A stretch of DNA of 64,000 bases from Candidatus Nealsonbacteria bacterium (GTDB taxonomy: Bacteria > Patescibacteriota > Minisyncoccia > Minisyncoccales > MHMH01): positions 1,013 through 65,012 of the forward strand of contig JACOYH010000003.1 in assembly GCA_016181965.1 (NCBI GenBank), read 5' to 3'. Under the pieces are notes generated by a model. It was not told where the DNA came from. It searched no databases and saw only the letters and a list, made by a program, of their open reading frames with translations. Of this stretch, positions 19,485 through 31,528 are shown piece after piece. Every line of letters starts with the position of its first letter. The first letter of the stretch is position 1. Position numbers and translations under genes: made by a program.

Positions 19485-21152
19485 TTATACTTCTATGACT
19501 ACGGGCAGAATCATCGGTCTTCGCTGTGTTTTGGAGTAGAGGAAATCGCCGATTTTATTGCGGATGTTGTCTTTGACATACGACCAGTTGACCGGCCCTC
19601 CGCCGCCAGTTGTTTTATTGACGGTTTCAATCACTTTTTTGCGCGTTTCGTAGAGCAGTTCCTTTGATTCTCGCAGATAGACAAAGCCCCTTGATATTAT
19701 ATCAGGGGAGCCCCTTACTTTTCCAGTGGCTCTGTCAATAATAGCCACAATGACAAACATGCCGTCGTTGGCAAGTGTCTGTCTGTCTCTTAAGACCACT
19801 TCGCCCACGTCTCCCACGCCTAAGCCGTCTACCATAATATAGTTTGCTTCCACCCTGCCTTTTTCTAAAACCATTTTCTTTGGGCCCAAGGTGATTGTTT
19901 GGCCGTTTTCCACTACTAAGATGTTTTTCTCCGGTACCCCTTGTCCTTTGGCCAGTTCAGCATGATTGACAAGCATTGAATACTGTCCATGAATTGGAAT
20001 AAAGAAATTGGGCTTGAGCAAGTCGATCATTTGCCTCAATTCTTCTCTTTGGGCGTGGCCTCCGGCGTGAATGTCCATCATTTTGTAATGGTAAACCTTT
20101 GCCTTCTGCCTGTAGAGTTGGTCTTTGAGAAACTGGACGGTTCTTTCGTTGCCGGGAATTACCGAAGATGAGAAAATGACGGTGTCTTCCTTTTTGAGCC
20201 GCACGAAGCGATGTTCGCCGTTGGCAATGCGCATTAAGACCGCTTGGCCTTCGCCTTGCGCCCCCGTGCAAATTAGAGTCAACTTGGAGTCGGGATACTC
20301 CTGCATTTGGCTCGTCTTTATGAGGGTACCTTTTTCTGATTTGATATAGCCAAGCCGCTTGCAAATTTCAACATTGGTCTTCATGCTATAACCATCCACT
20401 GCCACTCTTCTGCCGTATTTTTCAGAAAGGGCGATAAGTTGTTGTATTCTATTAATGAGCGAACCGAATGTGGCGGCGATGATTCTTCCTTTGGCGACTT
20501 TAAATATCTCCTCCAGATTTTCCATAATCACTTCTTCCGAGAGAGAGTGGCCTTCTTCTTCCGCCCCGGTTGAGTCAGAGAGTAAAAGCAAGACGCCTCT
20601 TTTGCCGAGCGCCTTTATTTTTTCGTAATCGGTCGGCAAGTCATAAACCGGATTTTTATCAAACTTGAAATCGGATGTGTGCACTATGTTGCCAACCGGC
20701 GTCTCTATGAAAAATCCGAAATTGTCAGAAATATTGTGATTCTGTTTAAAAAATTCAACAACGAAGGGGCCCAATTTAACTCGGCTACCAGCTTTTACTT
20801 GGGTCAAATTTAATTTTTGCAGATGAGGAAAATCATCTTGTCTTTTGAGTATAATTCCGCCAGCTAGTCCCGATGCATAAAGCGGAGGATTGCCCAGTTT
20901 TTCAATCATATAAGGGATGGCGCCGATGTGGTCGTAGTGGCCGTGCGTAAAAACAGCTCCCACAATATCTTTTTGCCGACCCTTGAGATACGAGATGTTG
21001 GGAATAATAAAGTCAACTCCGGGCATATCTTCCTCGGGCATTCTGAAGCCCATGTCAATGATTAAAATCTTCCCATCGTATTCAAATAGGGACATATTGC
21101 GGCCTACCTCTCCGAGGCCGCCCAACGGTATTATTTTGAGATCGCTTTTCAT
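19485..21152 (-). CDS. rnj: Ribonuclease J
   Basis: 555 aa. Beta-lactamase/beta-CASP motifs (THGHYDHIGA) and the typical RNase J N-terminus IIPLGGLGEVGRNM. Confidence 0.92.
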   Translation of the reverse strand: MKSDLKIIPLGGLGEVGRNMSLFEYDGKILIIDMGFRMPEEDMPGVDFIIPNISYLKGRQKDIVGAVFTHGHYDHIGAIPYMIEKLGNPPLYASGLAGGIILKRQDDFPHLQKLNLTQVKAGSRVKLGPFVVEFFKQNHNISDNFGFFIETPVGNIVHTSDFKFDKNPVYDLPTDYEKIKALGKRGVLLLLSDSTGAEEEGHSLSEEVIMENLEEIFKVAKGRIIAATFGSLINRIQQLIALSEKYGRRVAVDGYSMKTNVEICKRLGYIKSEKGTLIKTSQMQEYPDSKLTLICTGAQGEGQAVLMRIANGEHRFVRLKKEDTVIFSSSVIPGNERTVQFLKDQLYRQKAKVYHYKMMDIHAGGHAQREELRQMIDLLKPNFFIPIHGQYSMLVNHAELAKGQGVPEKNILVVENGQTITLGPKKMVLEKGRVEANYIMVDGLGVGDVGEVVLRDRQTLANDGMFVIVAIIDRATGKVRGSPDIISRGFVYLRESKELLYETRKKVIETVNKTTGGGGPVNWSYVKDNIRNKIGDFLYSKTQRRPMILPVVIEV

Positions 21153-21189
21153 TGTTTTTGTTAAATTAATAAATTATTTTAGTTTTTCG

Positions 21190-21274
21190 TGGTGCCCAGG
21201 GCGAGATTCGAACTCGCAAGCTGTTAGGCACTAGCTCCTGGGGCTAGCGTGTTTACCGGTTTCACCACCTGGGC
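21190..21274 (-). tRNA. tRNA-Leu (anticodon CAG), class II with a long variable arm, CCA encoded
   Basis: Acceptor GCCCAGG/CCUGGGC, T-arm GCGAG-UUCGAAU-CUCGC, anticodon loop CCCAGGA. Position 33 is C rather than the usual U. Confidence 0.9.
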
Positions 21275-21279
21275 GGACT

Positions 21280-22266
21280 TTACCGCATTTTTTTCTTAAG
21301 CTCCTCGACTATTTTTACCGGAATAGAATCATGGCCCAACTCCAAGGCCAAATAGTAAGAAGCCCAATCGGATAAGAGTAAATTATCAAAAACTTTGTAT
21401 AAGATATCTTTACCTCTTATTTTAATTATGTCAACAGGAAAACCCCGTTTTTCCAGTATTTCTTTGGTGAGGTCCATTCTTTTCTGGATTTGAGGAGAAT
21501 CTGTCTCATCTTTCAAAATAAGCAAGTGCAGATTGGCCGGCGCAACATAACTGTTTATTTCATTATGATTCAGCTCGGGAAAATAATTGTAGAACGAATG
21601 TATTTTAGAATTTTCGTTGAACTTAATTTTCCAGATGCGCGCCAAATTTCGCAGTCGTTCGGAAGCGTAAACAACGGGCAATTTGCCTTTTATTTTCTTA
21701 GCAAGGTTTTTGCCCTGAATCTCAAGCGTTCGCGGCTTCAATGATTTTTCCAAAGCCGCAATATTCTCCAGACCGTTATCGATTATTCCGCAATTCACCA
21801 GAAGTTTCATTAGAGCCGACAATAAAAATCCCGTGGCCATTCTTGGAGGATAATCCGAGGGAATAATGATCGCTGGCAAACCATATTGTTCGCACAGCTG
21901 GGCTAACTTACCTCCGGAAGTAATAGCGGCCACTTTCAGTTTTTTTGCTCTTGCCTCTTCAAAAGCGCTTAATGTTTCCTCGGTATTGCCAGAATATGAA
22001 ATGCACACCACTAAATGATTCTTATCGGTCATTTCTGGTATGCCGTAGTTGCGATGGATGTAGAGGGGCAGGCCGATCTTGTATGCCTCCAACCAAATTT
22101 GAAAAATGTCGGCAGGCAAAGCCGAGCCGCCCATAGCGCAAATTAGAACCCCATCGAATTTTCCCCGAATCTTGATTTTTCCGGTCGCCTTCAGGCCAGG
22201 CCTAAAATACTTTGGAGAACCAAGAATTATTTGACGCATAGTAAGAGAATCGTCTTTTATTGCCAT
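21280..22266 (-). CDS. Bifunctional phosphoglucose/phosphomannose isomerase (SIS domains)
   Basis: 328 aa with SIS signatures (CAMGGSALPADI, ISYSGNTEETL). Confidence 0.75.
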   Translation of the reverse strand: MAIKDDSLTMRQIILGSPKYFRPGLKATGKIKIRGKFDGVLICAMGGSALPADIFQIWLEAYKIGLPLYIHRNYGIPEMTDKNHLVVCISYSGNTEETLSAFEEARAKKLKVAAITSGGKLAQLCEQYGLPAIIIPSDYPPRMATGFLLSALMKLLVNCGIIDNGLENIAALEKSLKPRTLEIQGKNLAKKIKGKLPVVYASERLRNLARIWKIKFNENSKIHSFYNYFPELNHNEINSYVAPANLHLLILKDETDSPQIQKRMDLTKEILEKRGFPVDIIKIRGKDILYKVFDNLLLSDWASYYLALELGHDSIPVKIVEELKKKMR

Positions 22267-22393
22267 ACTCTTTTTGTTTTAGTATACCACATTTGTCGCT
22301 CCGCTCCTTAAAACCTTGCGGTTTTAATATTTCCACTTCGGGGAAACACCCAGTTTCCCCGACCCCTTTCTGAAAATTGGCATATAAAATTTG

Positions 22394-24376
22394 TTATTTT
22401 TTTATTCTTTTTGTTTTTATATACCAATTTTCAATATCGCTGAATCTCTGCGAGGGGTCAAAAATGACTTTTTGGTTGAGACCCTTGATTTTGCCAGAAG
22501 TCATGTAAAGGTAGTCGGGATTATAGAGAAATAAGGCAGGCGCTTGTTCGATGATGATATTCTGAAAGTTTTGATATTGTTTCATTCTTTCTTTCTCATC
22601 CAGCGTTGTTCGGGCCGTCTCAAGCAGCTTGTCCACTGCTGAATTTTGATATTTGGCGAGGTTCAGACCGGGGTCTTTTATTTGAGAAGAATGCCAGAAA
22701 GGAAAGGGGTCGGGCACGGCTGTCAGCACTTCTCCGAAAAGAAGCATTTGGTAATTCCTTGGCTTGATGATTTCCTGTTCCAGTTCGGAAATCGGAAATG
22801 TTTGAATACTTATCTCAATGCCTATTCTTGCCCATTGCTCTTTAATTTGCAAAGCTACTTTTTCCAAAACCGGGTCTTGCACCGTTGTTAATTGCAGTTC
22901 CAGAGGATTTTCCGAAGGCGATTTCGAGCACAGTTCATTTAGTTTTGCTCTGGTGTTTGCGCTGACAACGCCGGTGCCCCTAGCGAGGCCGCCTGGCTTT
23001 AGTATCTCATCGCTATATTTTTCTTGGAATTTTATCACCGCTGCTTTGGTCTTTGAGCCAAAGTATCCATTAACCTGTCCCGCCGGATACACTTCGGGGT
23101 CTTTGGCTAGGCACTCTTGAAGGGCAGTCACTTCAGCTGATTCGCTGCCTTCCTGCAAGCGGCTTTTAAAGGTCACCGCGCTTCCTTTAGCGATTTCTAC
23201 CCATTTTTCGTCTTTTTTTTGCAGGCCTGCTCCAGTCAGCAACTCTTCCGCAAGCTGCGGGTTGAATTCGTAAAAATTGGCCGGCTCTTCAAGGCCGTAC
23301 ATCTCGGGTAGTATTGGCGACTGAGCGGCTTTTGCCTTGCCATTCAGAACCGTGTTGATAATTTCATTTTTATCGGTGGCGTAGCTTAGCGCTTTCCTGA
23401 TTTTTTCATTACCTAAAAGTTTGGACTGGTCCTTATTAAAAAATATTGCGAAATATCGCGGCAGAGAAAGCGAGACCTCGCGATAGTCGTCTTTTTTGGC
23501 TAATTTCCAATATTCGAGAGCAGGCAGGGGAAAGCCGTCAACTCGGCCGTTTCTGGCGGCCTTGGCCAGCTCTTCCTGATTTTTAAAAAAGAGAAAAGAG
23601 AATTCCGCTATATATGGCTCACTGGGTTTTTGATCAGAATAGTATTTTTTAAATCTGACTAGGCGCACCGCGGTAATCGAGCCCTGCTTGTCTTGCTCTA
23701 ATTTTTTGAATTGATAGGGGCCGGAGCCGATGGGCTGAAGATTATAATTTGTTAGGAGGAAATTCTGCGGAGAAATTTCTTCCCAAATATGCTTCGGCAG
23801 TATTTTAAAAGTCAGCCGTTCCAGAAAGCCAGCATACGCGTCCTTGAGTTTGAAGCGGATTTGGTAGTCCGACGCTTTTTCCATTTCCACCCCTAAATAA
23901 TTGCCCCGCAGAGGCGATTTATAATCTGGGTTTTGAATGGTTCTAATTGTAAAAATAACATCATCGGCCGTGAGCGGCTTTCCGTCGTGCCAGAAAATAT
24001 CTGTCCGCAAATTTACTACATATGTCTTGCCGTTTTCCTCGATGTCAACGCTTTGAGCCGCGTCGCCAATAATTTTGCCCTGTTCGTCATATCCCATCAG
24101 CCCGGAAAAAATAACTTCGGTCAGCGCCTTGTCTGCATCGTTGCTGGCTGCATAGATTGGGTTGATGAACCTCGGGCTGCCCACCATTCCTTCGGTATAA
24201 CTGCCCCCGACCGCCGGCCTTATTTCGGTGTTTTTATAATATAACGAAGCCAGCAGGGTGATGCCCGAAGACAAGAAAACGAAAAGCAAAAAGAAGAAAA
24301 CGGTCTTTTCTCTTTGACTGAAAACGCTAATCATTTGCCCCCACTGATTTTTTGAGGGCCATTTGGTGATAAACAT
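22394..24376 (-). CDS. ABC-transporter substrate-binding protein (family 5, peptide/nickel type) with a nested peptidoglycan-binding domain
   Basis: 660 aa. N-terminal TM anchor and SBP_bac_5-like body. A PG_binding_1-like insert is present (VTALQECLAKDP...NGYFGSKTKAAVIKFQEKY). Confidence 0.7.
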   Translation of the reverse strand: MFITKWPSKNQWGQMISVFSQREKTVFFFLLFVFLSSGITLLASLYYKNTEIRPAVGGSYTEGMVGSPRFINPIYAASNDADKALTEVIFSGLMGYDEQGKIIGDAAQSVDIEENGKTYVVNLRTDIFWHDGKPLTADDVIFTIRTIQNPDYKSPLRGNYLGVEMEKASDYQIRFKLKDAYAGFLERLTFKILPKHIWEEISPQNFLLTNYNLQPIGSGPYQFKKLEQDKQGSITAVRLVRFKKYYSDQKPSEPYIAEFSFLFFKNQEELAKAARNGRVDGFPLPALEYWKLAKKDDYREVSLSLPRYFAIFFNKDQSKLLGNEKIRKALSYATDKNEIINTVLNGKAKAAQSPILPEMYGLEEPANFYEFNPQLAEELLTGAGLQKKDEKWVEIAKGSAVTFKSRLQEGSESAEVTALQECLAKDPEVYPAGQVNGYFGSKTKAAVIKFQEKYSDEILKPGGLARGTGVVSANTRAKLNELCSKSPSENPLELQLTTVQDPVLEKVALQIKEQWARIGIEISIQTFPISELEQEIIKPRNYQMLLFGEVLTAVPDPFPFWHSSQIKDPGLNLAKYQNSAVDKLLETARTTLDEKERMKQYQNFQNIIIEQAPALFLYNPDYLYMTSGKIKGLNQKVIFDPSQRFSDIENWYIKTKRIKK

Positions 24377-24595
24377 TTAAAGAATCAAGTTGAGTATGGC
24401 CAAGACAACAAAGAGAGCGCCAAAAACCACAGTTCCCCAAAATATTTTTTGCTGAATTCCTCTCCTTGTAGAATAAAAGCCGCTTTCCTGTCCGAAAGCC
24501 GAACCTAAGGCAGTGCCTCTTTGCTGAAAAAGTATGAGAGCCATTAAAATAACGGCGATCGCTATTTGAGCTATTGGGATAATTTTTTCTATCAT
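24377..24595 (-). CDS. secG: Preprotein translocase subunit SecG (probable)
   Basis: Two TM helices flank LFQQRGTALGSAFG. The internal ATG at 24595 gives a 4-nt overlap with the upstream gene. Confidence 0.55.
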   Translation of the reverse strand: MIEKIIPIAQIAIAVILMALILFQQRGTALGSAFGQESGFYSTRRGIQQKIFWGTVVFGALFVVLAILNLIL

Positions 24596-24933
24596 CGCTT
24601 TACGTTGGGCAAGACGAATCCTATTGCCCAGATTATTAGAGTAGTCCAAAGAAGAGGAAGGATACCTGTGATTATAAGCTCGGGGAAGAAAATGTCAACG
24701 GCCCAGACGATTCCCATGTTGATTATCAAACTGAAAATGCCAAGAGTTAAGATTCTCAAGGGCAGAGTTACGGCGGTCAGAATTGGCTTTACGAAAGCGT
24801 TTAATCCGCCCAAGATTAATCCGGCTACCAATAAATCCTGCCAGCTGCCATAGAAGCTTACGCCGTCTACAAACTGAATGGCCAGCCACAGTCCCGCGAG
24901 ACCGGCAAGGGTCTTCAAGATAAAATTTCGCAT
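24592..24933 (-). CDS. YvlD / phage-holin-family-IV-like 4-TM membrane protein
   Basis: 113 aa with GGLNAFVKPIL...LPLRILTLGIFSLIIN, characteristic of this family. Confidence 0.65.
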   Translation of the reverse strand: MRNFILKTLAGLAGLWLAIQFVDGVSFYGSWQDLLVAGLILGGLNAFVKPILTAVTLPLRILTLGIFSLIINMGIVWAVDIFFPELIITGILPLLWTTLIIWAIGFVLPNVKR

Positions 24934-24989
24934 TAAATTATTTTACCAAGAATGCGCCTCCAGCGCAACCCACTAGAGCTTATCGAAGC

Positions 24990-26216
24990 TTACCGACGTC
25001 CGACGTCGGTAAGCTCAGCCGCTCGGAGGTGATGATGGTATTTTTTGGCAAAGCGATGGGCTTCATCGCGCAGTTGAAGGATAATGTTGGAAAATTCTCT
25101 CGGCATATTTTTCAGCAAGACGGGATTTTTCTCGTTATCAATATATAATTTATTATTTTTTTTAGCCAGCGCAACAATTCTAACGGGGTGTTCAACACCG
25201 AGTGTTGCACAGTTTTTGGCGGCGTTGAGCTGGGCTTTGCCGCCGTCGATTAAAATCAAGCCGGGATATGGCCATTCTGTATGCCGAAATCGTCTTGAAA
25301 GGACCTCCTTGAGCATGGCCACGTCATTGGGTTTCTGTGTCATTTTTATTTTAAACTTGCGGTATTGTGACTTTTCCGGCCGGCCATCGGTGAAAACAAC
25401 CATTGAACCGGTGGCGGATTCACCCTGAATATTGGAAATATCATAGGCCTCGGCCCTTTGATACGGCCAGTTTCTAATCGGCTCCGTTGTTTCAAAAATT
25501 CTGGCGTGCGAAAATACGCGGTCAAGCGCGGCAAGCTGATACTTGATTTTGTTAGCTTCTTCAAACTTTTCTTCCCCGGATAGCTTGACCATTTCTTTCT
25601 TGAGGTCGCTTAAAATGCGCGACTTTCCATTTCGCAGAATTTTTGTTAAGCCGCGAACATTGCTTTGACATTCTTTTCGCATTTTTCCCAAAAAGCCGGG
25701 TATCTCTGGGTTTACCAAACACGGCGCTGGGCAGCGGTCTAAGTGATGCCAAAGGCAAGGGCGTTTTGGCAGGTTGCGGCAAGTTCTGTACGGGAAGACC
25801 TTTCTTAGGATTTTCAGGGTTTGCTTTAGCGCCCCGCCATCAACGAAAGGCCCGACATAATGAAAATCAGATTTTATTTGGTGCGTGATAAAAATGCGAG
25901 GAAACGACTCTTTGGTGGCGGCAATATAGAAATAATTTTTATCATCTTTCCATGCAACATTATAAAGGGGTAGATGTTTTTTAATTAGTTGCGCTTCCAG
26001 TATCAGGGCTTCAATTTCCGAATCCGTTTTGATGAAGTCAATTTTCTCAACCTTACTAATAAAAAGATGGTCCCTATGCGAGGGCTGGGCAAAGTGATTT
26101 CTGACCCTTTCTTGAATATTGGCGGCTTTACCTATATATAGAAGCTCTTTCCTTGAACTGAAAGTATAAACGCCCGGGCTTTTTGGCAGCCGCGAATAAC
26201 TCGACAAGCTTTTCAT
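24990..26216 (-). CDS. uvrC: Excinuclease ABC subunit C, short form
   Basis: 408 aa. GIY-YIG (PGVYTF...LYIGKA), UVR-like coiled region, and the RNase-H-like endonuclease domain (AYDISNIQG). No C-terminal (HhH)2 domain is visible. Confidence 0.85.
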   Translation of the reverse strand: MKSLSSYSRLPKSPGVYTFSSRKELLYIGKAANIQERVRNHFAQPSHRDHLFISKVEKIDFIKTDSEIEALILEAQLIKKHLPLYNVAWKDDKNYFYIAATKESFPRIFITHQIKSDFHYVGPFVDGGALKQTLKILRKVFPYRTCRNLPKRPCLWHHLDRCPAPCLVNPEIPGFLGKMRKECQSNVRGLTKILRNGKSRILSDLKKEMVKLSGEEKFEEANKIKYQLAALDRVFSHARIFETTEPIRNWPYQRAEAYDISNIQGESATGSMVVFTDGRPEKSQYRKFKIKMTQKPNDVAMLKEVLSRRFRHTEWPYPGLILIDGGKAQLNAAKNCATLGVEHPVRIVALAKKNNKLYIDNEKNPVLLKNMPREFSNIILQLRDEAHRFAKKYHHHLRAAELTDVGRR

Positions 26217-26350
26217 AGCATGTGTTATAGCACAGAGGGGCGACCATGAAAATGGCCGCCTTTTTAGTTCCGCAATGCCAGACGGATGTTAGATATTCTG
26301 ACGTAGATAGTGCTTGTTGCTTTTCGTCCTTTGATATATAATACAATTAT

Positions 26351-26587
26351 ATGGACAAGGACTTCAGCGAGTTAATTGAATATTTGGATGAGAAATTCGT
26401 TGCGGTTGATAAGAAGTTTGAAGAAATGAAGTATGATTTTAACGAACTTCAAACATCTGTTGACGCTTACGCCAAGAAGGCAGACAACTATTTTCAAGAA
26501 ATGGTCATGCTGGCCCATAAAGTTGACCGGCACGAAAAATGGATGCACCAGCTCGCCGACAAGCTCGGTGTGAAGCTGGAGTATTAG
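26351..26587 (+). CDS. Small coiled-coil hypothetical protein
   Basis: 78-aa ORF. TATAAT (26337-26342) lies 8 nt before the ATG. No recognisable domain. Confidence 0.55.
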   Translation: MDKDFSELIEYLDEKFVAVDKKFEEMKYDFNELQTSVDAYAKKADNYFQEMVMLAHKVDRHEKWMHQLADKLGVKLEY

Positions 26588-26619
26588 AATCTTAAATATC
26601 GCTCGAGTATCAGGGTATC

Positions 26620-26648
26620 TTGATGCTTTTTTATTTTGGGAGTATAAT
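26620..26648 (+). promoter_or_regulatory. Promoter upstream of uvrA (TTGATG-17-TATAAT)
   Basis: TTGATG at 26620-26625 and TATAAT at 26643-26648. Confidence 0.45.
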
Positions 26649-26670
26649 GAACTTCGCTGAAGTTTTAATA

Positions 26671-29499
26671 ATGAAGCGCGATTGCATCAAAATCAGGGGA
26701 GCGAGAGTGCATAACCTGAAAAATATTGATGTTGATATTCCCAAGGGCAAACTGGTGGTTATTACCGGCATTTCTGGCTCGGGGAAATCATCTTTAGCTT
26801 TCGATACTCTTTATGCCGAAGGCCAGAGAAGATACGTTGAATCGCTTTCTTCTTATGCCCGGCAATTTTTGGGCATCATGGACAAGCCGGACGTTGATAC
26901 GATTGAAGGAATTTCTCCGGCTATTTCCATTGACCAAAGAAGATCGGGGAGAAATCCTCGCTCGACTGTCGGCACCACAACGGAGATTTATGATTATCTC
27001 CGTCTTTTGTTTGCCAGAGTGGGCGAGCCGCATTGTCCAAGATGCGGTAAAAAAGTGGCGCGCCAGACGGTTGATCAGATAGTTGAGCAAATGCTCAAGT
27101 TTAAGACAAATACCGAAATCACTATTTTGGGGCCGGTGGTGAGAGGTAAAAAAGGGGAGCATCGCGGTATTTTAGAGGAAATACAGAGAGGCGGTTTTGT
27201 CCGCGTAAGAGTTGACGGCATCATTCACCGAACCGAGGAAGCAGCGGGGCTGTCTTTGGACGGCAAGAAAAAACACAACATAGAGGTGGTGGTGGATAGA
27301 TTGATTATTGAAAAGGGACTGGATAAGCCGCGGCTGGTTGATTCGCTTGAGACCGCTCTGAAACTGGGCAAGGGCATAGTAATAGTGAATAAGTCACTGA
27401 GTCATCAAGTGGTTAAGAACGCACTTAATCACTCAATCACTCAATCACTCAATGACCTAATCTTCAGCGAGCGGTTTGCCTGCGAAGAATGCGGTATTTC
27501 TATGCCGGAAATAGAGCCGCGCCTTTTTTCTTTTAATTCTCCTTTTGGCGCCTGCCACGATTGCCACGGCTTGGGGCAGAAGCTGGAAGTAGACCCTGCT
27601 TTGGTCATTCCCAATACTAATTTGACTATCGCTGAGGGCGGAATTTTCCCCTGGGCCCGGGCTTCGCACAAAATAGGCAGGCAAGGATATTTCTATTCCA
27701 AACTTTCCGAGCTCGCCGAAAAATATGGTTTTTCTATGGACGAACCAATCAAGGACTTACCGCAGAAAACGATAAAAATGATTTTTTATGGCGATGGCGA
27801 TTTCGAAGGCGTTATCCCGAGCTTGGAAAGAAGATACCGAGAGACCGATTCGGATTACGCCCGGCATGAAATAGAGCAATATATGGTAGAGAAAAATTGC
27901 GAGACCTGCCGCGGCAAACGGCTTAAGCCCGAGGCCCTAGCTGTAACGGTGGCCGGAGTTCCTATCGATAAAGTAGTTGAAATGAACATAGACGAAACGA
28001 AGATATTTTTTGGAAAGTTAAATTTAAGCGATGCCGAGAAAAAGATCGCTCAGCCCATCGTTAAAGAAATAATCAATCGCTTGCAATTTTTGATCGATGT
28101 CGGATTAAATTATCTAACATTAGACAGAAAGGCGGGCACTTTGTCGGGAGGAGAAGAGCAGAGAATACGGCTGGCCACGCAAATTGGCTCAAAACTTACC
28201 GGCGTTTTGTATATTTTGGATGAGCCGTCGGTTGGTTTGCACGCCAGAGACCAGCAACGGCTCATCGAAACGATTGAAAAGTTAAGAGATGTGGGCAATT
28301 CTCTGGTGGTTGTTGAGCACGACCCGCAAACTATTGCCGCAGCCGATTGGATTGTTGATGTCGGCCCGGGCGCCGGCAAACATGGAGGAAGGATAATTTT
28401 TGAAGGCACGCCCAAGGAAATTTTGAAATCAAAGACACTGACGGGGGAGTATTTGTCTGGCAGAAAAACGGTGGATGTCGCGGGAAGCCAGGCCTCCCGC
28501 GGGAAGCCCGGTTTCCTCACGATTAGGGGAGCTAAAGAGCATAACCTAAAAAATATCGATGTTAAGATTCCCCTGGCTAAGTTTGTTTGCATTACCGGCG
28601 TTTCTGGTTCAGGTAAATCGTCATTAATGAACGATATTTTAGCTAAGGCCCTGCTGAAAAAATTCTACAACGCCAAGGAAGAGCCCGGCGTTCATCGGAG
28701 CATTACCGGCACGGAATTTTTGAACAAGGTTGTTTTGGTTGACCAGTCGGCCATAGGCAGGACTCCGCGGTCAAATCCCAGCACTTATACCGGCGCCTTC
28801 TCATATATAAGGGATCTTTTGAGCCAAACCAAAGAGGCAAAAATCAGGGGGTATCAGCCCGGGCGCTTTTCATTCAATGTGAAGGGAGGAAGATGCGAGG
28901 CGTGCGAAGGACAGGGCGTCAAAAAAATAGAGATGTATTTCCTGCCCGATATTTATGTGGAATGCGAGGAGTGCAAGGGCAAGCGTTTTAATAAAGAAAC
29001 CTTGGCCGTGCAGTTCCGCGGCAAGAATATTGCCGATGCGTTGGAAATGACGGTTGAGGACGCCTTCGAGTTTTTCAAAAATATTCCCGGCCTCAATGAC
29101 AAGCTTAAAACCTTGAAGGAGGTAGGCCTTGGATATATCCATTTAGGACAGCCAGCTCCTTCCTTGTCGGGCGGGGAAGCGCAGAGAGTGAAGCTGGCTA
29201 CTGAACTTTCAAGAAAAGCCACGGGCAAGAGCTTGTATATTTTGGATGAACCGACCACTGGTTTGCATTTTGACGATATCAGGCGGCTGGCGCAGGTTTT
29301 GAGGGACTTAGTGGATAAAGGCAATACTGTTGTAACTATTGAGCATAATCTTGATTTCATACGCAATGCCGATTGGTGCATTGACTTGGGTCCGGAAGGC
29401 GGAGAGGGGGGCGGTTACATTGTAGCCCAGGGCCCGCCCAAAGAAATCAGCAAAAACAAAAAAAGCCACACCGGCCGGTTTTTGGCAGTCGGGACTTGA
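26671..29499 (+). CDS. uvrA: Excinuclease ABC subunit A
   Basis: Starts [19 protein letters not shown]. Has two ABC ATPase modules ([20 protein letters not shown]) and zinc-finger cysteines. The start at 26671 is preferred over the ORF-track 26620. Confidence 0.95.
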   Translation: MKRDCIKIRGARVHNLKNIDVDIPKGKLVVITGISGSGKSSLAFDTLYAEGQRRYVESLSSYARQFLGIMDKPDVDTIEGISPAISIDQRRSGRNPRSTVGTTTEIYDYLRLLFARVGEPHCPRCGKKVARQTVDQIVEQMLKFKTNTEITILGPVVRGKKGEHRGILEEIQRGGFVRVRVDGIIHRTEEAAGLSLDGKKKHNIEVVVDRLIIEKGLDKPRLVDSLETALKLGKGIVIVNKSLSHQVVKNALNHSITQSLNDLIFSERFACEECGISMPEIEPRLFSFNSPFGACHDCHGLGQKLEVDPALVIPNTNLTIAEGGIFPWARASHKIGRQGYFYSKLSELAEKYGFSMDEPIKDLPQKTIKMIFYGDGDFEGVIPSLERRYRETDSDYARHEIEQYMVEKNCETCRGKRLKPEALAVTVAGVPIDKVVEMNIDETKIFFGKLNLSDAEKKIAQPIVKEIINRLQFLIDVGLNYLTLDRKAGTLSGGEEQRIRLATQIGSKLTGVLYILDEPSVGLHARDQQRLIETIEKLRDVGNSLVVVEHDPQTIAAADWIVDVGPGAGKHGGRIIFEGTPKEILKSKTLTGEYLSGRKTVDVAGSQASRGKPGFLTIRGAKEHNLKNIDVKIPLAKFVCITGVSGSGKSSLMNDILAKALLKKFYNAKEEPGVHRSITGTEFLNKVVLVDQSAIGRTPRSNPSTYTGAFSYIRDLLSQTKEAKIRGYQPGRFSFNVKGGRCEACEGQGVKKIEMYFLPDIYVECEECKGKRFNKETLAVQFRGKNIADALEMTVEDAFEFFKNIPGLNDKLKTLKEVGLGYIHLGQPAPSLSGGEAQRVKLATELSRKATGKSLYILDEPTTGLHFDDIRRLAQVLRDLVDKGNTVVTIEHNLDFIRNADWCIDLGPEGGEGGGYIVAQGPPKEISKNKKSHTGRFLAVGT

Positions 29500-29566
29500 C
29501 AGTGCCAACGAGACCAGTTAGTCTGAAATATAATCAAAACTATAAATCATAAATAATAAATAAAAT

Positions 29567-31508
<1,942 letters not shown>

Positions 31509-31528
31509 TTTGGCTACAATATAGTTGT

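Noticed and set aside
24592-24933. Prophage lysis gene, because of the 'phage holin family IV' similarity
   Set aside because: YvlD-like proteins are common chromosomal membrane proteins. The neighbours are secG and uvrC, and no phage genes are nearby.
29496-29566. CIRCE (HrcA operator) upstream of groES
   Set aside because: No TTAGCACTC-N9-GAGTGCTAA-like inverted repeat is present. Only a TTGACA box with a weak -10 is visible.
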